Assembly (NCBI GenBank): GCA_046758445.1
Contig: JBHIAE010000022.1
Location: forward strand, 1-49,179
Source: Candidatus Thorarchaeota archaeon
GTDB lineage: Archaea > Asgardarchaeota > Thorarchaeia > Thorarchaeales > Thorarchaeaceae
Length of the DNA stretch: 49,179 bases
Direction of reading: 5' to 3'
The position numbers and the translations under genes were made by a program. The notes below the pieces were generated by a model, which saw only the letters and a list, made by a program, of their open reading frames with translations, was not told where the DNA came from and ran no database searches. Shown here piece after piece: positions 28,401 to 35,272 of this stretch; within the stretch, counting starts at the first letter, position 1; each line of letters begins with the position of its first letter.

Positions 28401-30117
28401 CGGTGGTTTCATTGCGGGCGCCACCATCAACTATACAGTTGGTAGTTTCACAGAAACACTCACTGAGGAAGCGAACGGGACCTACTGGGCCTTAATAGAC
28501 GTAAGTAGTCTAGGGGCACAAGCTATCCAGCTCAGGATCGTCGGGACAAAGGCCGGCTATTCAACTGCCAGCAGGACCGTTGTGCTCAACATTCTTGCCA
28601 TCCCAACAGAAGTGACTGTGAACACTCCCCTCAGGGACGGTTATCACGGAGACACTGTTCAGTTCACTTTCCACTACAACGATACCCACAACAACCTGCC
28701 ACTTCCAAGTGCAACTGTGGACGTTCTGTGGGAAGGAGCCAATGCAAATGTGACCGACCTTGGCAACGGCTACTACTTCGTCGAGACTGCGCTCACACCG
28801 ATTTCTCCGATACTCTACGATGTGGATGTGAGATTCAGCCTTCATGACCATGCGACCTTCACCTTGACAGTCAGTATTGTGATCATTCCAACGCCAGCAC
28901 AGATCATCGCTCCTGCTTCTGTTTCGGTCCCCGTGAACGATACGTCTGAGGTGTACATCAACGTCAAGAATCTCCTGACGAATGAAACTGTCACTGGATT
29001 GCCAGGTTCTGCATACTGGGACGTCTACGGCGAACAGGCTCTTGGGATACGCGCGAATGGAAGCTACATCCTGACGATACCTGACATCTATCCAATGCAG
29101 ACCTACAGGATTGATCTTGCCTTCTCAACCTCAATCTATGATCTGAGTCCAGTCCAGATAGAGGTCACAATTCGTGCTATTCGTACAGAACTCAGGATCG
29201 ACAACACAACCATCGAAACAGCGCCGGGAGCGGTCCACACTGTCAATGTTGTCTATTATGATCTTGATCATGATGAATTCGTCAGTGGTGCCGAGATCAA
29301 CGTCATGGAGTCTGATGATTTCGTGTATGAGGGGTACACACAGGAAGGGAATACCTACGTAATCACCATCAGGATTGTTGCAGAAAGAAGCTTCAATGTC
29401 ACAATCACATTCTCGAAGGAGAACTACGAATCAGAGATCTTGACTCTCGATGTGAAGTCAGACATCACACCCGGTCAGCAGCTTGCTGTGGCCTTGCAGT
29501 ACGCAGGCGGCTTCCTCATGGTTCTTTTCGCGATGCTGATTGTTGGCTATCTAAGGATTTGGAGCATACCTAAACTGGTTCGTCAAATGAATAGAATGAT
29601 TCGAGACCTCAGTCGTGGAAAGATCCCGAAGCCACCAACCGTGCCAGACAGACACTCAATGGTAGTTTCAATCATCGATGAAGAGTTTGTAGGGACAACT
29701 GTGAGGAAGGTCCCAGAGGAGATTGCGGTAGTGAGCATAGAGGCCATCGTTCCTGACGTGGAGGAGCTGCTTGCACACCTGGCTGCGATCACTGGTTTGG
29801 GCGACAAAGAGCTTGAGGCCTTCCGTCAAGATCTTGCCAGAATGAGAGCAAGTGAGAGACCAGGCTTCATTAGAGAGGTGATTGAGCAGGAGGAGGCTCG
29901 TCGAGCCGAAACACTAGCCGAAGATGAGGAAGCGAAGCGTCCCGAAGAGGCGAAGGAAATCCTCGAGCAGAAGCCTGAGGAGCTTGAAGAACTAAGAGTC
30001 AAGCTACGAAGAAAGGGAATGTCAGAGGACGAGGTCGACATCATAATCGAACAGGCCAAGGGACTCTCCAAAGCGGACCTCGAGGCCCTCCTAGACAGTC
30101 TTGGTATCAGGTTGTAG
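22405..30117 (+). CDS. Giant single-pass surface protein, B-type paralog (B2), 2570 aa
   Basis: Signal peptide; collinear with B1 (RPTYVDY, ITQTPG, LVPGANVT, YNDTYYGGFI); 17 Ig-like repeats; TM at ~29490-29550; same last 24 residues as B1 (IEQAKGLSKADLEALLDSLGIRL region); ATGA overlap with A2 and AGGAGG at 22390-22395. Confidence 0.92.
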   Translation: MKQPWKSIMPLFVMAIFILQLASFDGAAIPSTSLQNELVDLGGGRSIEVSPEETLHRFALTDQGLIEWNGISDGLVGQEHGSRDDSFGPISLDYTPLVGTENTSMSVPFGADWEAYELEARVSDITENRTWITNGEFDSSANWTVGTVGAGSGNSTVSTYWESDGHDGDPCMYFEIDSTTSFGGFWRYDQDDRGYARQTMELPRGEVVWAGISFDYQSGTYSGSWTWALSMALYVVIESSNPSDWDWRLVQTDMSVEGAWNSTGLMTIPVSNFNTPTDQNVTVEVGFWSMTSEGFSPDPNPYARVDNFEIYIKTRAKPSDINLQMNGLDVVDDITWGIGTVTQEPVVPWQTSPVSLDFTWWPTPLSPAPSVPIAIELSIDTRLFARRIDIVTAYELSPTSYGQRFTVTNGSTVEYTTYFFANIPSGYLDHYFFNMSLPSDRDVYHVGPPLDLLNNLTTDWIGGNPGDGYLNVSVYQVDPELGKQGAWWIKSAAPNMISDIDLYDYANSQWAQSIDFRAGNSSRIRVYTDPSFEGATVNVTLYDPTGSSWLNLTATVDSLGQATTQRFTLGSNATAGTWVAQAIVSDSDVGGIWYSTGFFKRAFTITHESELILDHPLDAVGSWLTNVTHGDLMLIILRANDTDSDVLVPGGVLTLDWALGTDTFDDNGNGEYTKAIDTSLLPTKGQYVMNLTWTKDSFDTSNATLLVNVNYPSILSSPDYPGITGPIGYDQTIMATYSNTNGTGIDGAAMVCNWSNPYTVTPMGGGDYEFLLDTSGIGPGQYPVMLNASAPFVNPQTLVLYVQVREVYNSISYSANELSIPVGETESFLLTWTNTDTDERILDGESYISCNWTSFHRLGESNYTVSHLGNGVYNITIYTESDDPLTTGNEFYTATFNVMRKDFRNHTFDVKVRVRSHNTLFVLDEPVENTEYGTDIIVLVFYQDADMLEGIVNDTGEVRFAITSPDIGSVKFSVQNSLLGAGHYNTSIPSQQWGSIGWKNFTIQVTWQGVVTKYYSRNIQTRVRITGTETNLFLEVAPTATYYLDLVTFTTTYANINGTKISNTTGHVLLAITPLTSGHPVTQAYFIVAESGTDPGSYKFQLDTSGFQSIGVFDFQLDFMWTSGQSPFYENQSMTVSLVVLSRPTYVDYVPVPATPFYETADFTFSYVDLLSTAKIPSSPQLEISLNEPGVSYSVSYDSGSFTMAIDTDSLAGIGTFVLNLNLTWTGEPFYESISSFPFMVEVIQRTTQLTHDPFEFPQWGNNATIVFNYTDLVAHSTIGMSGTLVLNITVGYYAVQYLGSGQYLVVLNTSAPSFGSDGTFILNATIQHTDPYFADASRFFGFTILKRSTQFGYENPDPTPYLDNVTSVVSYIDDSTGRGISDASVSVTNNVSALILDTNYWVTYLGNGQYRIEVDSVALSAPGVYVLNVTSTYSGAPFYLPQSRNVNARITERTTQIIITQTPGDVPYLENITIGFRFEDFLTGNPVGIDKGDITLTHDVSMTPITSGQYNLYDFGTYYEIVFNSTILSPSSLVNGHQIHLDIGTGPVPPYYGFRSITTFASTTERQTQIFFPLVEDTPYFENLTMELDFVDFLTGNGIEGATLTLSTFNWSVPEYQVIELGAGKYRVLVISTVFGSTGTVYFNVTLSRPGIPFFAERTTANVPATIRLVQTAMVSETPAPGSTGVGVPINVTLTLKDFDHDVPLAGATITTDWFTRYGTSFSIMEVGNGVYMITLNMTGLIAQDYPFTVQADKTFYAPANITVVVTPGAASFEILIHKSTYYALWGELIDVRVDVREDYYHSLVPGANVTMLWNNTVYNFSDLDNGTYSLLLYTSDANFGVHEPQITVSRRYYSDRQTSFTMVVSKAPAQIVSELAVVQVVVDTTTNFTVYLNDTVSNAPVIGASVFMELNNTVYLLFYNGTPGYYEGTIDATGFDFGPYEITLSAASVNHDFLDTVLEISVVPIPTDIGLVGGLTSLSVILGDSLLVRANYNDTYYGGFIAGATINYTVGSFTETLTEEANGTYWALIDVSSLGAQAIQLRIVGTKAGYSTASRTVVLNILAIPTEVTVNTPLRDGYHGDTVQFTFHYNDTHNNLPLPSATVDVLWEGANANVTDLGNGYYFVETALTPISPILYDVDVRFSLHDHATFTLTVSIVIIPTPAQIIAPASVSVPVNDTSEVYINVKNLLTNETVTGLPGSAYWDVYGEQALGIRANGSYILTIPDIYPMQTYRIDLAFSTSIYDLSPVQIEVTIRAIRTELRIDNTTIETAPGAVHTVNVVYYDLDHDEFVSGAEINVMESDDFVYEGYTQEGNTYVITIRIVAERSFNVTITFSKENYESEILTLDVKSDITPGQQLAVALQYAGGFLMVLFAMLIVGYLRIWSIPKLVRQMNRMIRDLSRGKIPKPPTVPDRHSMVVSIIDEEFVGTTVRKVPEEIAVVSIEAIVPDVEELLAHLAAITGLGDKELEAFRQDLARMRASERPGFIREVIEQEEARRAETLAEDEEAKRPEEAKEILEQKPEELEELRVKLRRKGMSEDEVDIIIEQAKGLSKADLEALLDSLGIRL

Positions 30118-30125
30118 GGAGCTCG

Positions 30126-30161
30126 ACATCCAGACCGAAGCGTCGTGCCCGGTCTGGATGT
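30126..30161. terminator. Perfect 12-bp inverted repeat between convergent genes (putative bidirectional terminator)
   Basis: acatccagaccg (30126-30137) / cggtctggatgt (30150-30161), 12-nt loop, between the B2 stop and the tyrS stop. Confidence 0.55.
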
Positions 30162-30197
30162 TCTCACTGGCTTGAGTCAACTTCCCTGTGGATCAAC

Positions 30198-31289
30198 CTA
30201 TCTCGTAATCTGGTAGCTCTTGACCTGTTCGTACAGCCGATTCGCACTTCCTTTCTTCTCGAAGTGGTCACGAATTGGCTGTACCATCTTGTCTAGATAG
30301 ATGGTCATCGCATTCTTCAAGTCCAAGGGGTGAAGCTCTCCTGCAACGTAGCTCTTCATGAGATCTTCATAGTTGGCGAACTCGATGTCCCCTCCGAACT
30401 TGGCCTTTCGTTCGACCTTCATACTATCAAATAGCTTGAATACCATGTGCTTAGCATAATCGAGCAGTGGATTTCCACTGACCTCCTTTGGAGGGCAGTA
30501 CGCCGCTAATACCTTGGCATGGATATCCTCCTCAGAATCATGCATGAATATACTAGACGATGGTTTGCTCTTGCTCATCTTTGTCTTAATCATGTGCCAG
30601 TCGCGGCTTATTTCATCTTGAATCCCATCGGGCTTTTTTGCCCCCTCGAGATTGATCAGCATGTGGTGACTGATAACGACGGGCTTCCAGAATCCCAGTT
30701 TCGGCCCAACCTCCCTTGCAAGCATGTTTGCTCTACGCTGATCCAGTCCGAGTTGGGTTATGTCAGCTTCCAGATGGAATATGTCCGCCGCCTGCATCAC
30801 CGGATAGAAATACTGAGCAACCTCTGACATCTCCCCTTCCTTTCTTCCCATTATGGTAAGTGCTCTGGTAGCCCTTGCCACCGTTGTGACTTTCGCTATC
30901 CTCACAACTCTCTCCCAGTATTCAATTGAGTCCATTGCATCAGATGCAAACAAGAATTCTACCTTGTCTGTTGGAACTCCAGCGGCCTTCCAGACCTCAA
31001 TGAAGTATTCTCCGGTCGTCCTTATCTTATCTAGGTCGCCATCCATTTTGTTGTTTATCCAGGCAAACCAATCGGCGAGCCATATCTTGAATCTGATCCC
31101 TGCTTTGACAAGGTCCTTGAGCAGGAGAGGGCGGTAGACACCGAATGGAATATGAGCTAGTCCAGATGGCTCGAAACCATCGTATGCGATTGGATGCTTC
31201 TTCTCTTCCAGTAGAAGTTTCAGCTCTTCCATCGTTACTATTTCTTCGCCTACGCCTGCAATGAGTCTGACTCTTTTCTCGAGGTCCAT
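30198..31289 (-). CDS. tyrS: Tyrosine--tRNA ligase (archaeal/eukaryotic type)
   Basis: AYDGFEPSG, HIGH-equivalent HIPF, YPVMQAADI, GLDQRR, KMSKS, AYCP, LHPLDLK motifs. Confidence 0.95.
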   Translation of the reverse strand: MDLEKRVRLIAGVGEEIVTMEELKLLLEEKKHPIAYDGFEPSGLAHIPFGVYRPLLLKDLVKAGIRFKIWLADWFAWINNKMDGDLDKIRTTGEYFIEVWKAAGVPTDKVEFLFASDAMDSIEYWERVVRIAKVTTVARATRALTIMGRKEGEMSEVAQYFYPVMQAADIFHLEADITQLGLDQRRANMLAREVGPKLGFWKPVVISHHMLINLEGAKKPDGIQDEISRDWHMIKTKMSKSKPSSSIFMHDSEEDIHAKVLAAYCPPKEVSGNPLLDYAKHMVFKLFDSMKVERKAKFGGDIEFANYEDLMKSYVAGELHPLDLKNAMTIYLDKMVQPIRDHFEKKGSANRLYEQVKSYQITR

Positions 31290-31332
31290 GTATCAAAGGA
31301 TTCAATGAACTCTTCTTAACTGTTCTCACGGG

Positions 31333-32373
31333 TCAGTCTACTTGCTTTGACCTTCGCCTTCTAGTCACGATGCCCAGAGCTAGGAATCCAACAATGACAC
31401 TGAACCACAGTGTGACGAAGCGTATGATTATCGTGGCAGCTCCCGCTATCACTTCTGCTGTCATTTCAGGCAGGCCCAAGAGTAGAATGATCAATGCAAT
31501 ACTGGTGATCTCGTAGGTTCCGAGACCTCCAGGTAGGAAAGACAATGCGCCTACTACAGATGCAGTTGAATGAATGAAAGTGGAGACCATCAGGAGATTC
31601 AATGAAGATACGGTCAGAGAGGGAAGTCCCACTCCTGTGAGGAGGGAGAGCAGCAACCACAGTTCTATGCACTCCATGAACCAACCGGGAACACTGATTG
31701 TAGTGCTGAGGACCATTGGTTTCGGGGAGAGGGTCTTTGCCATTGTATCTTCAATCAGTCCAACGCTGTTCTTGAATCTCTTGAGAGGCCCAAAGGAAGT
31801 CATCCTTCCAAGAAAGATGTTGTAGAATCTAGGTTGACCTAGCATTATTGCTCCTACCAAGACCACTCCGCCGAGAATGAGCACAGTTCTCAATTGATCC
31901 ACGCCTGACAGTCCAATCACAAGGCCGGCCATAGCAAGGATTACCATTGCCAACATGTCCGTTACTCTCTCTGAAGCCACCACTGGTACCGTCTTGGCAA
32001 TGGGTGTTCCATCCAAGTCATTGATGAAGTAGCCTTTGATGGCCTCACCTATCTTTCCCGGAGAAGTAGTAAGTGTGAAACCTGCCAGGAATATGCTGAA
32101 GCTGTCTGTGTGTGAAAGATTCACGTCAATCTGTCGTAGATAATACTGCCATTTGATGTATCGAAGCAGGTAGTTACCAAAGGAGAGCACCATCATGACT
32201 GGGAGGACCCACCACCAATCTATGGCCGCAATAGCAGCGGTTACTCGTTCAAATTCGAAGAAGAACATGATGGCTAGGTAGACCACGACTGCAGCCAAGA
32301 CGAACACTATGACCTTCCGGAGACTCACAAAAGAAACTGCAGAACTCTCAGGTTCATTGGCGGGCTCAGTCAT
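31333..32373 (-). CDS. LPG_synthase_TM / UPF0104 flippase-like multi-pass membrane protein
   Basis: Motifs LRYIKW, SPGKIGEAIK, ERVTD, LPGGLGTYE, IIRFVTLW; about 8 TM segments; ATG at 32373 gives an ATGA overlap with the PHP gene (ORF track starts at 32382). Confidence 0.85.
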   Translation of the reverse strand: MTEPANEPESSAVSFVSLRKVIVFVLAAVVVYLAIMFFFEFERVTAAIAAIDWWWVLPVMMVLSFGNYLLRYIKWQYYLRQIDVNLSHTDSFSIFLAGFTLTTSPGKIGEAIKGYFINDLDGTPIAKTVPVVASERVTDMLAMVILAMAGLVIGLSGVDQLRTVLILGGVVLVGAIMLGQPRFYNIFLGRMTSFGPLKRFKNSVGLIEDTMAKTLSPKPMVLSTTISVPGWFMECIELWLLLSLLTGVGLPSLTVSSLNLLMVSTFIHSTASVVGALSFLPGGLGTYEITSIALIILLLGLPEMTAEVIAGAATIIIRFVTLWFSVIVGFLALGIVTRRRRSKQVD

Positions 32374-33050
32374 GGTGGCCACCTTCTGAGTCTCTGCCAG
32401 AGGAATCCAGGGATGTGGACGTAGGGAAACGAGGAGTGTCCAGTAATCTGCGTTCTTCCTTTCCTCAGCTCCTCAAAGATGTCCTCATACGTTTCGATAT
32501 CTTGAAGCCATGTTCGCCCGTGTCCCACCTCTCTGCTAAAGTGACCGTCACTTCCTGCAGTTGTGGGCTTGCGAAGTCTTACTGCCAGCTTCTGGGCCCA
32601 TGTGTTGAATATTGGAAGGAGGCATCTCGAGTTTATTCCCTCTATGAGGTCCACATGTTTTCGGATGTATTCTGTGGGTAGCCCCTTCCTGATCGCGGTG
32701 TGTTTTCGTAGTGGGTCTCTGGGATGGGGGAGCACCACCAGACCGTTCTGGTCGTGAATGTCCTCTGCTATCTCCTCAAATGTTCGGTTCTCGATTGGCT
32801 CAGTGACAAAGAGTCCAATGATCTCGCCATGGTCAGACGATTTGTACTCGCACGCATTCAGCAGGAACATCCCGCCTTTTGAAATCGGCTTCAGTATTGA
32901 CGGTGCCCAGTGCTCTGTCAGCGCCACCCCTCTGAGCCCCTTCTTCTTCATCAGCTTGAACAATGACCTCGGATCATTGAATCCATCCTTCGAATGGGAT
33001 GTGTGAACATGCATGTCGAAGGATGAAACCCTAGAGGCCATTCTTCTCAC
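32370..33050 (-). CDS. PHP-domain metal-dependent phosphoesterase
   Basis: DMHVHT, ALTEH, VLPHP, IEGINSR, AGSDGH motifs of the PHP superfamily. Confidence 0.85.
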   Translation of the reverse strand: MRRMASRVSSFDMHVHTSHSKDGFNDPRSLFKLMKKKGLRGVALTEHWAPSILKPISKGGMFLLNACEYKSSDHGEIIGLFVTEPIENRTFEEIAEDIHDQNGLVVLPHPRDPLRKHTAIRKGLPTEYIRKHVDLIEGINSRCLLPIFNTWAQKLAVRLRKPTTAGSDGHFSREVGHGRTWLQDIETYEDIFEELRKGRTQITGHSSFPYVHIPGFLWQRLRRWPP

Positions 33051-34049
33051 CTACGGAAGCGGCGGTTCTGGTGGCGGGAATATTGTCTGGAAGAACTCGA
33101 AGATCGGTTGCCAGAAGAACATGGTCACTACAAGCGTAATTATGAATATTGCTGCGCCCACGAGTATCCCGAGGTCCTTTATTGCCAGGTGTGGTTTCCT
33201 GCCGACAGGGCTTCCAGCCTGCACAAGGTAGACATAGCGTAAGATTAGGCCAGCAGCTACGGGAACGGTCATCATAACGGGCTGGGCCACAGCATCAGGG
33301 AAGTTATTGAACGTATAGAGAGCATAAAACAAGACAAACCACGTTGCTGACATTGTGATTCCGTGATCAAGCATTGAATCGGTATACTTCTCGAAAACTG
33401 GCTTGTGAAGTTTCGCTTCTTCACCTAATAGCTGGAGCTCATTCTTTCTCTTGCCAAACGCAAGGACCAGAGCAAAGAAGAACACTCCAACAACCAGCCA
33501 TGATGTGAACGGCACGCCTAGGATGAAAGTCCCGGCAACGGCTCTTATAACGAAGCCGACAGCAATGACAACGACATCAATCACTGCCCACTTCCGCATG
33601 TAGTAATTGTAAAGATTCGCGTTCACAATATAGAGAAGTACTGTAAGGAGAAAGAGTCCGCCATAGGGACTAAGACCATAGAAAGCACCAATCATACCAA
33701 TGCCGAAATAGGAAAGCCAGAGGCCAATCCCCAGAAGAACTACGGCCAATATCAACGCAGTATTGCGCGAAGCGCCTCCAGAGGGCAATGGTCGCATCCT
33801 CTTTTCAGGATGTGCACTGTCCTTCTCGATATCCGAAATGTCGTTCACTATGTATCCGGCGCTGGACACCAGGCAGAGGGCTACAAATCCTACGATTAGA
33901 GGTGGGTAATTCACCCAATCGAAGACTGCCGGGAGAGTTGTCCATGGCCACTGATCAGGGACCTCGACAAACACGATTGCCAGAAATATCAGCAGGTTCT
34001 TGTACCACTGCCAGGGCCGCATGAGCTTGATGTAATCTTTGACTGCCAT
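33051..34049 (-). CDS. UbiA-family polyprenyl-phosphate phosphoribosyltransferase (DPPR synthase-like)
   Basis: MRPWQWYKNLLIF, YIVNDISDIEKDSAHPEKRMRPLPSG, GFVIRAVAG, FGKRKNEL are characteristic of the decaprenyl-phosphate phosphoribosyltransferase subfamily. Confidence 0.85.
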   Translation of the reverse strand: MAVKDYIKLMRPWQWYKNLLIFLAIVFVEVPDQWPWTTLPAVFDWVNYPPLIVGFVALCLVSSAGYIVNDISDIEKDSAHPEKRMRPLPSGGASRNTALILAVVLLGIGLWLSYFGIGMIGAFYGLSPYGGLFLLTVLLYIVNANLYNYYMRKWAVIDVVVIAVGFVIRAVAGTFILGVPFTSWLVVGVFFFALVLAFGKRKNELQLLGEEAKLHKPVFEKYTDSMLDHGITMSATWFVLFYALYTFNNFPDAVAQPVMMTVPVAAGLILRYVYLVQAGSPVGRKPHLAIKDLGILVGAAIFIITLVVTMFFWQPIFEFFQTIFPPPEPPLP

Positions 34050-34064
34050 TCCTAGTTCTCCATT

Positions 34065-35144
34065 CTATTCTGAATATGATTTCCACAATTCTCCCCACTC
34101 AGTTTCCTCCAAGAACCACTTCACCCACTTCCTGCCCTTCAACGGAAGCCAGATACCATCGTGATATAACCCTGACAGTTGGGTGGGTAGCCACATCAGT
34201 GGTGAGCGGAACATTAGGGTCTCCATGCCTGGGAACCTCAGGAATCCTCTATTCCAAGCAATCACAGGTGACTTTCCTGGATTCATATGAAAGTTGGGGA
34301 GGTCTTTCCAAGTTTCAAAATCGCCCACAATCTCAATCTTCTCAGGGTCCGACTCCCCTAACCCAAGCTCACTCGCCATCTTAAGCTTGTGAACACTCTC
34401 TTTATTCAGACCCATAAGTCGTGTCTGGACGGCGTCCGCAGCTACCATGTCATCTGTTGCCAACATCACGTTGCCAATCTTAGGTATCATGGTACGCGGG
34501 CCGTCTCCATCTCCGACTACTGTGCCATCAGTTAGAACGAACTCCGAATGAGATATCGTCTGCTGAAGTAACAACAGGTCAACTAGTACTTCATGGATCT
34601 TCAGATGAGCCAGATGTCTCTTCTTGGTCAAGTAGAGGCCAAAGGAGTCCTTCATTGCACCTGTCATCTGGGTGTGACCGTGAGTCTTTATGGTGGGGAG
34701 ATGAATGATGTTCGTTCCAAAGATCTCTTTGGGAGCGATGATCTCTCCGAAGGTGTCCTCTAAGACAAGAGTCTTTCTTGGGAGTTTCACGTCGACATAG
34801 GTTGCCTTAATCAATGGAAGGAACCTGATTTTATGGTTCTTCATCACCTTGTACCAGTTGTTCCCCTTCGTTCCCGCATAGATGTTGGTGACCACAGTTT
34901 CATTTTCCACAGCCTGAATCTTTCTGGGGCTGTAGCCGTCTGCAATCATCTTACGAAGAAGGCCATCAAAGACGTATGGATTCGTTGAGCATGCAGGATA
35001 GAACTTGGACCAAGATAGATTCAGTTTGATGGTCGTGGCGACATCCTTCGAGACGTGCTTTTGGTAGTCTGCGAGGTCAAGAAGTCTCGCAATGTCTTCG
35101 AAGACTGTCTTTGGTGTCGTCTTGACGACGGCGACTTTTGGCAT
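34065..35144 (-). CDS. DUF362 family protein (putative Fe-S/oxidoreductase-like)
   Basis: IKLNL, ACSTNP, LPTIKTHGHTQMTGAMKDSFG, DG...GDGP, DMVAADAV, HKLKMASELGLG match the DUF362 pattern. Confidence 0.8.
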   Translation of the reverse strand: MPKVAVVKTTPKTVFEDIARLLDLADYQKHVSKDVATTIKLNLSWSKFYPACSTNPYVFDGLLRKMIADGYSPRKIQAVENETVVTNIYAGTKGNNWYKVMKNHKIRFLPLIKATYVDVKLPRKTLVLEDTFGEIIAPKEIFGTNIIHLPTIKTHGHTQMTGAMKDSFGLYLTKKRHLAHLKIHEVLVDLLLLQQTISHSEFVLTDGTVVGDGDGPRTMIPKIGNVMLATDDMVAADAVQTRLMGLNKESVHKLKMASELGLGESDPEKIEIVGDFETWKDLPNFHMNPGKSPVIAWNRGFLRFPGMETLMFRSPLMWLPTQLSGLYHDGIWLPLKGRKWVKWFLEETEWGELWKSYSE

Positions 35145-35187
35145 TGGTCACTCCCTCTGAATCCATCTAAGGACCACTCTTAGGTTC

Positions 35188-35204
35188 CTTGAAGCTGCTT
35201 CAAG
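35188..35204. promoter_or_regulatory. Perfect palindrome, candidate operator upstream of the DUF362-UbiA-PHP-flippase operon
   Basis: CTTGAAGC-T-GCTTCAAG (8-bp arms, 1-nt spacer), 44-60 nt upstream of the DUF362 start. Confidence 0.4.
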
Positions 35205-35272
35205 TGTCCCCTATGATGACCTTAAGAACTTGCCTCAACTTGTACCTTTGTACTATCTCTCAGACCATACAG

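Noticed and set aside
3-30117. Calling the giants integrins, cadherins, filamins or S-layer proteins
   Set aside because: No beta-propeller/vWA, cadherin Ca2+ motifs or actin-binding domain seen; DNGDGTY-like motifs are common to many prokaryotic Ig-like repeats; the large cytoplasmic tail is unlike S-layer anchors.
3-30117. Diversity-generating retroelement or invertase-driven variation of the surface genes
   Set aside because: No reverse transcriptase, recombinase, adenine-specific TR/VR pair or flanking inverted repeats in the window; the B1/B2 3' differences are synonymous and not A-specific.
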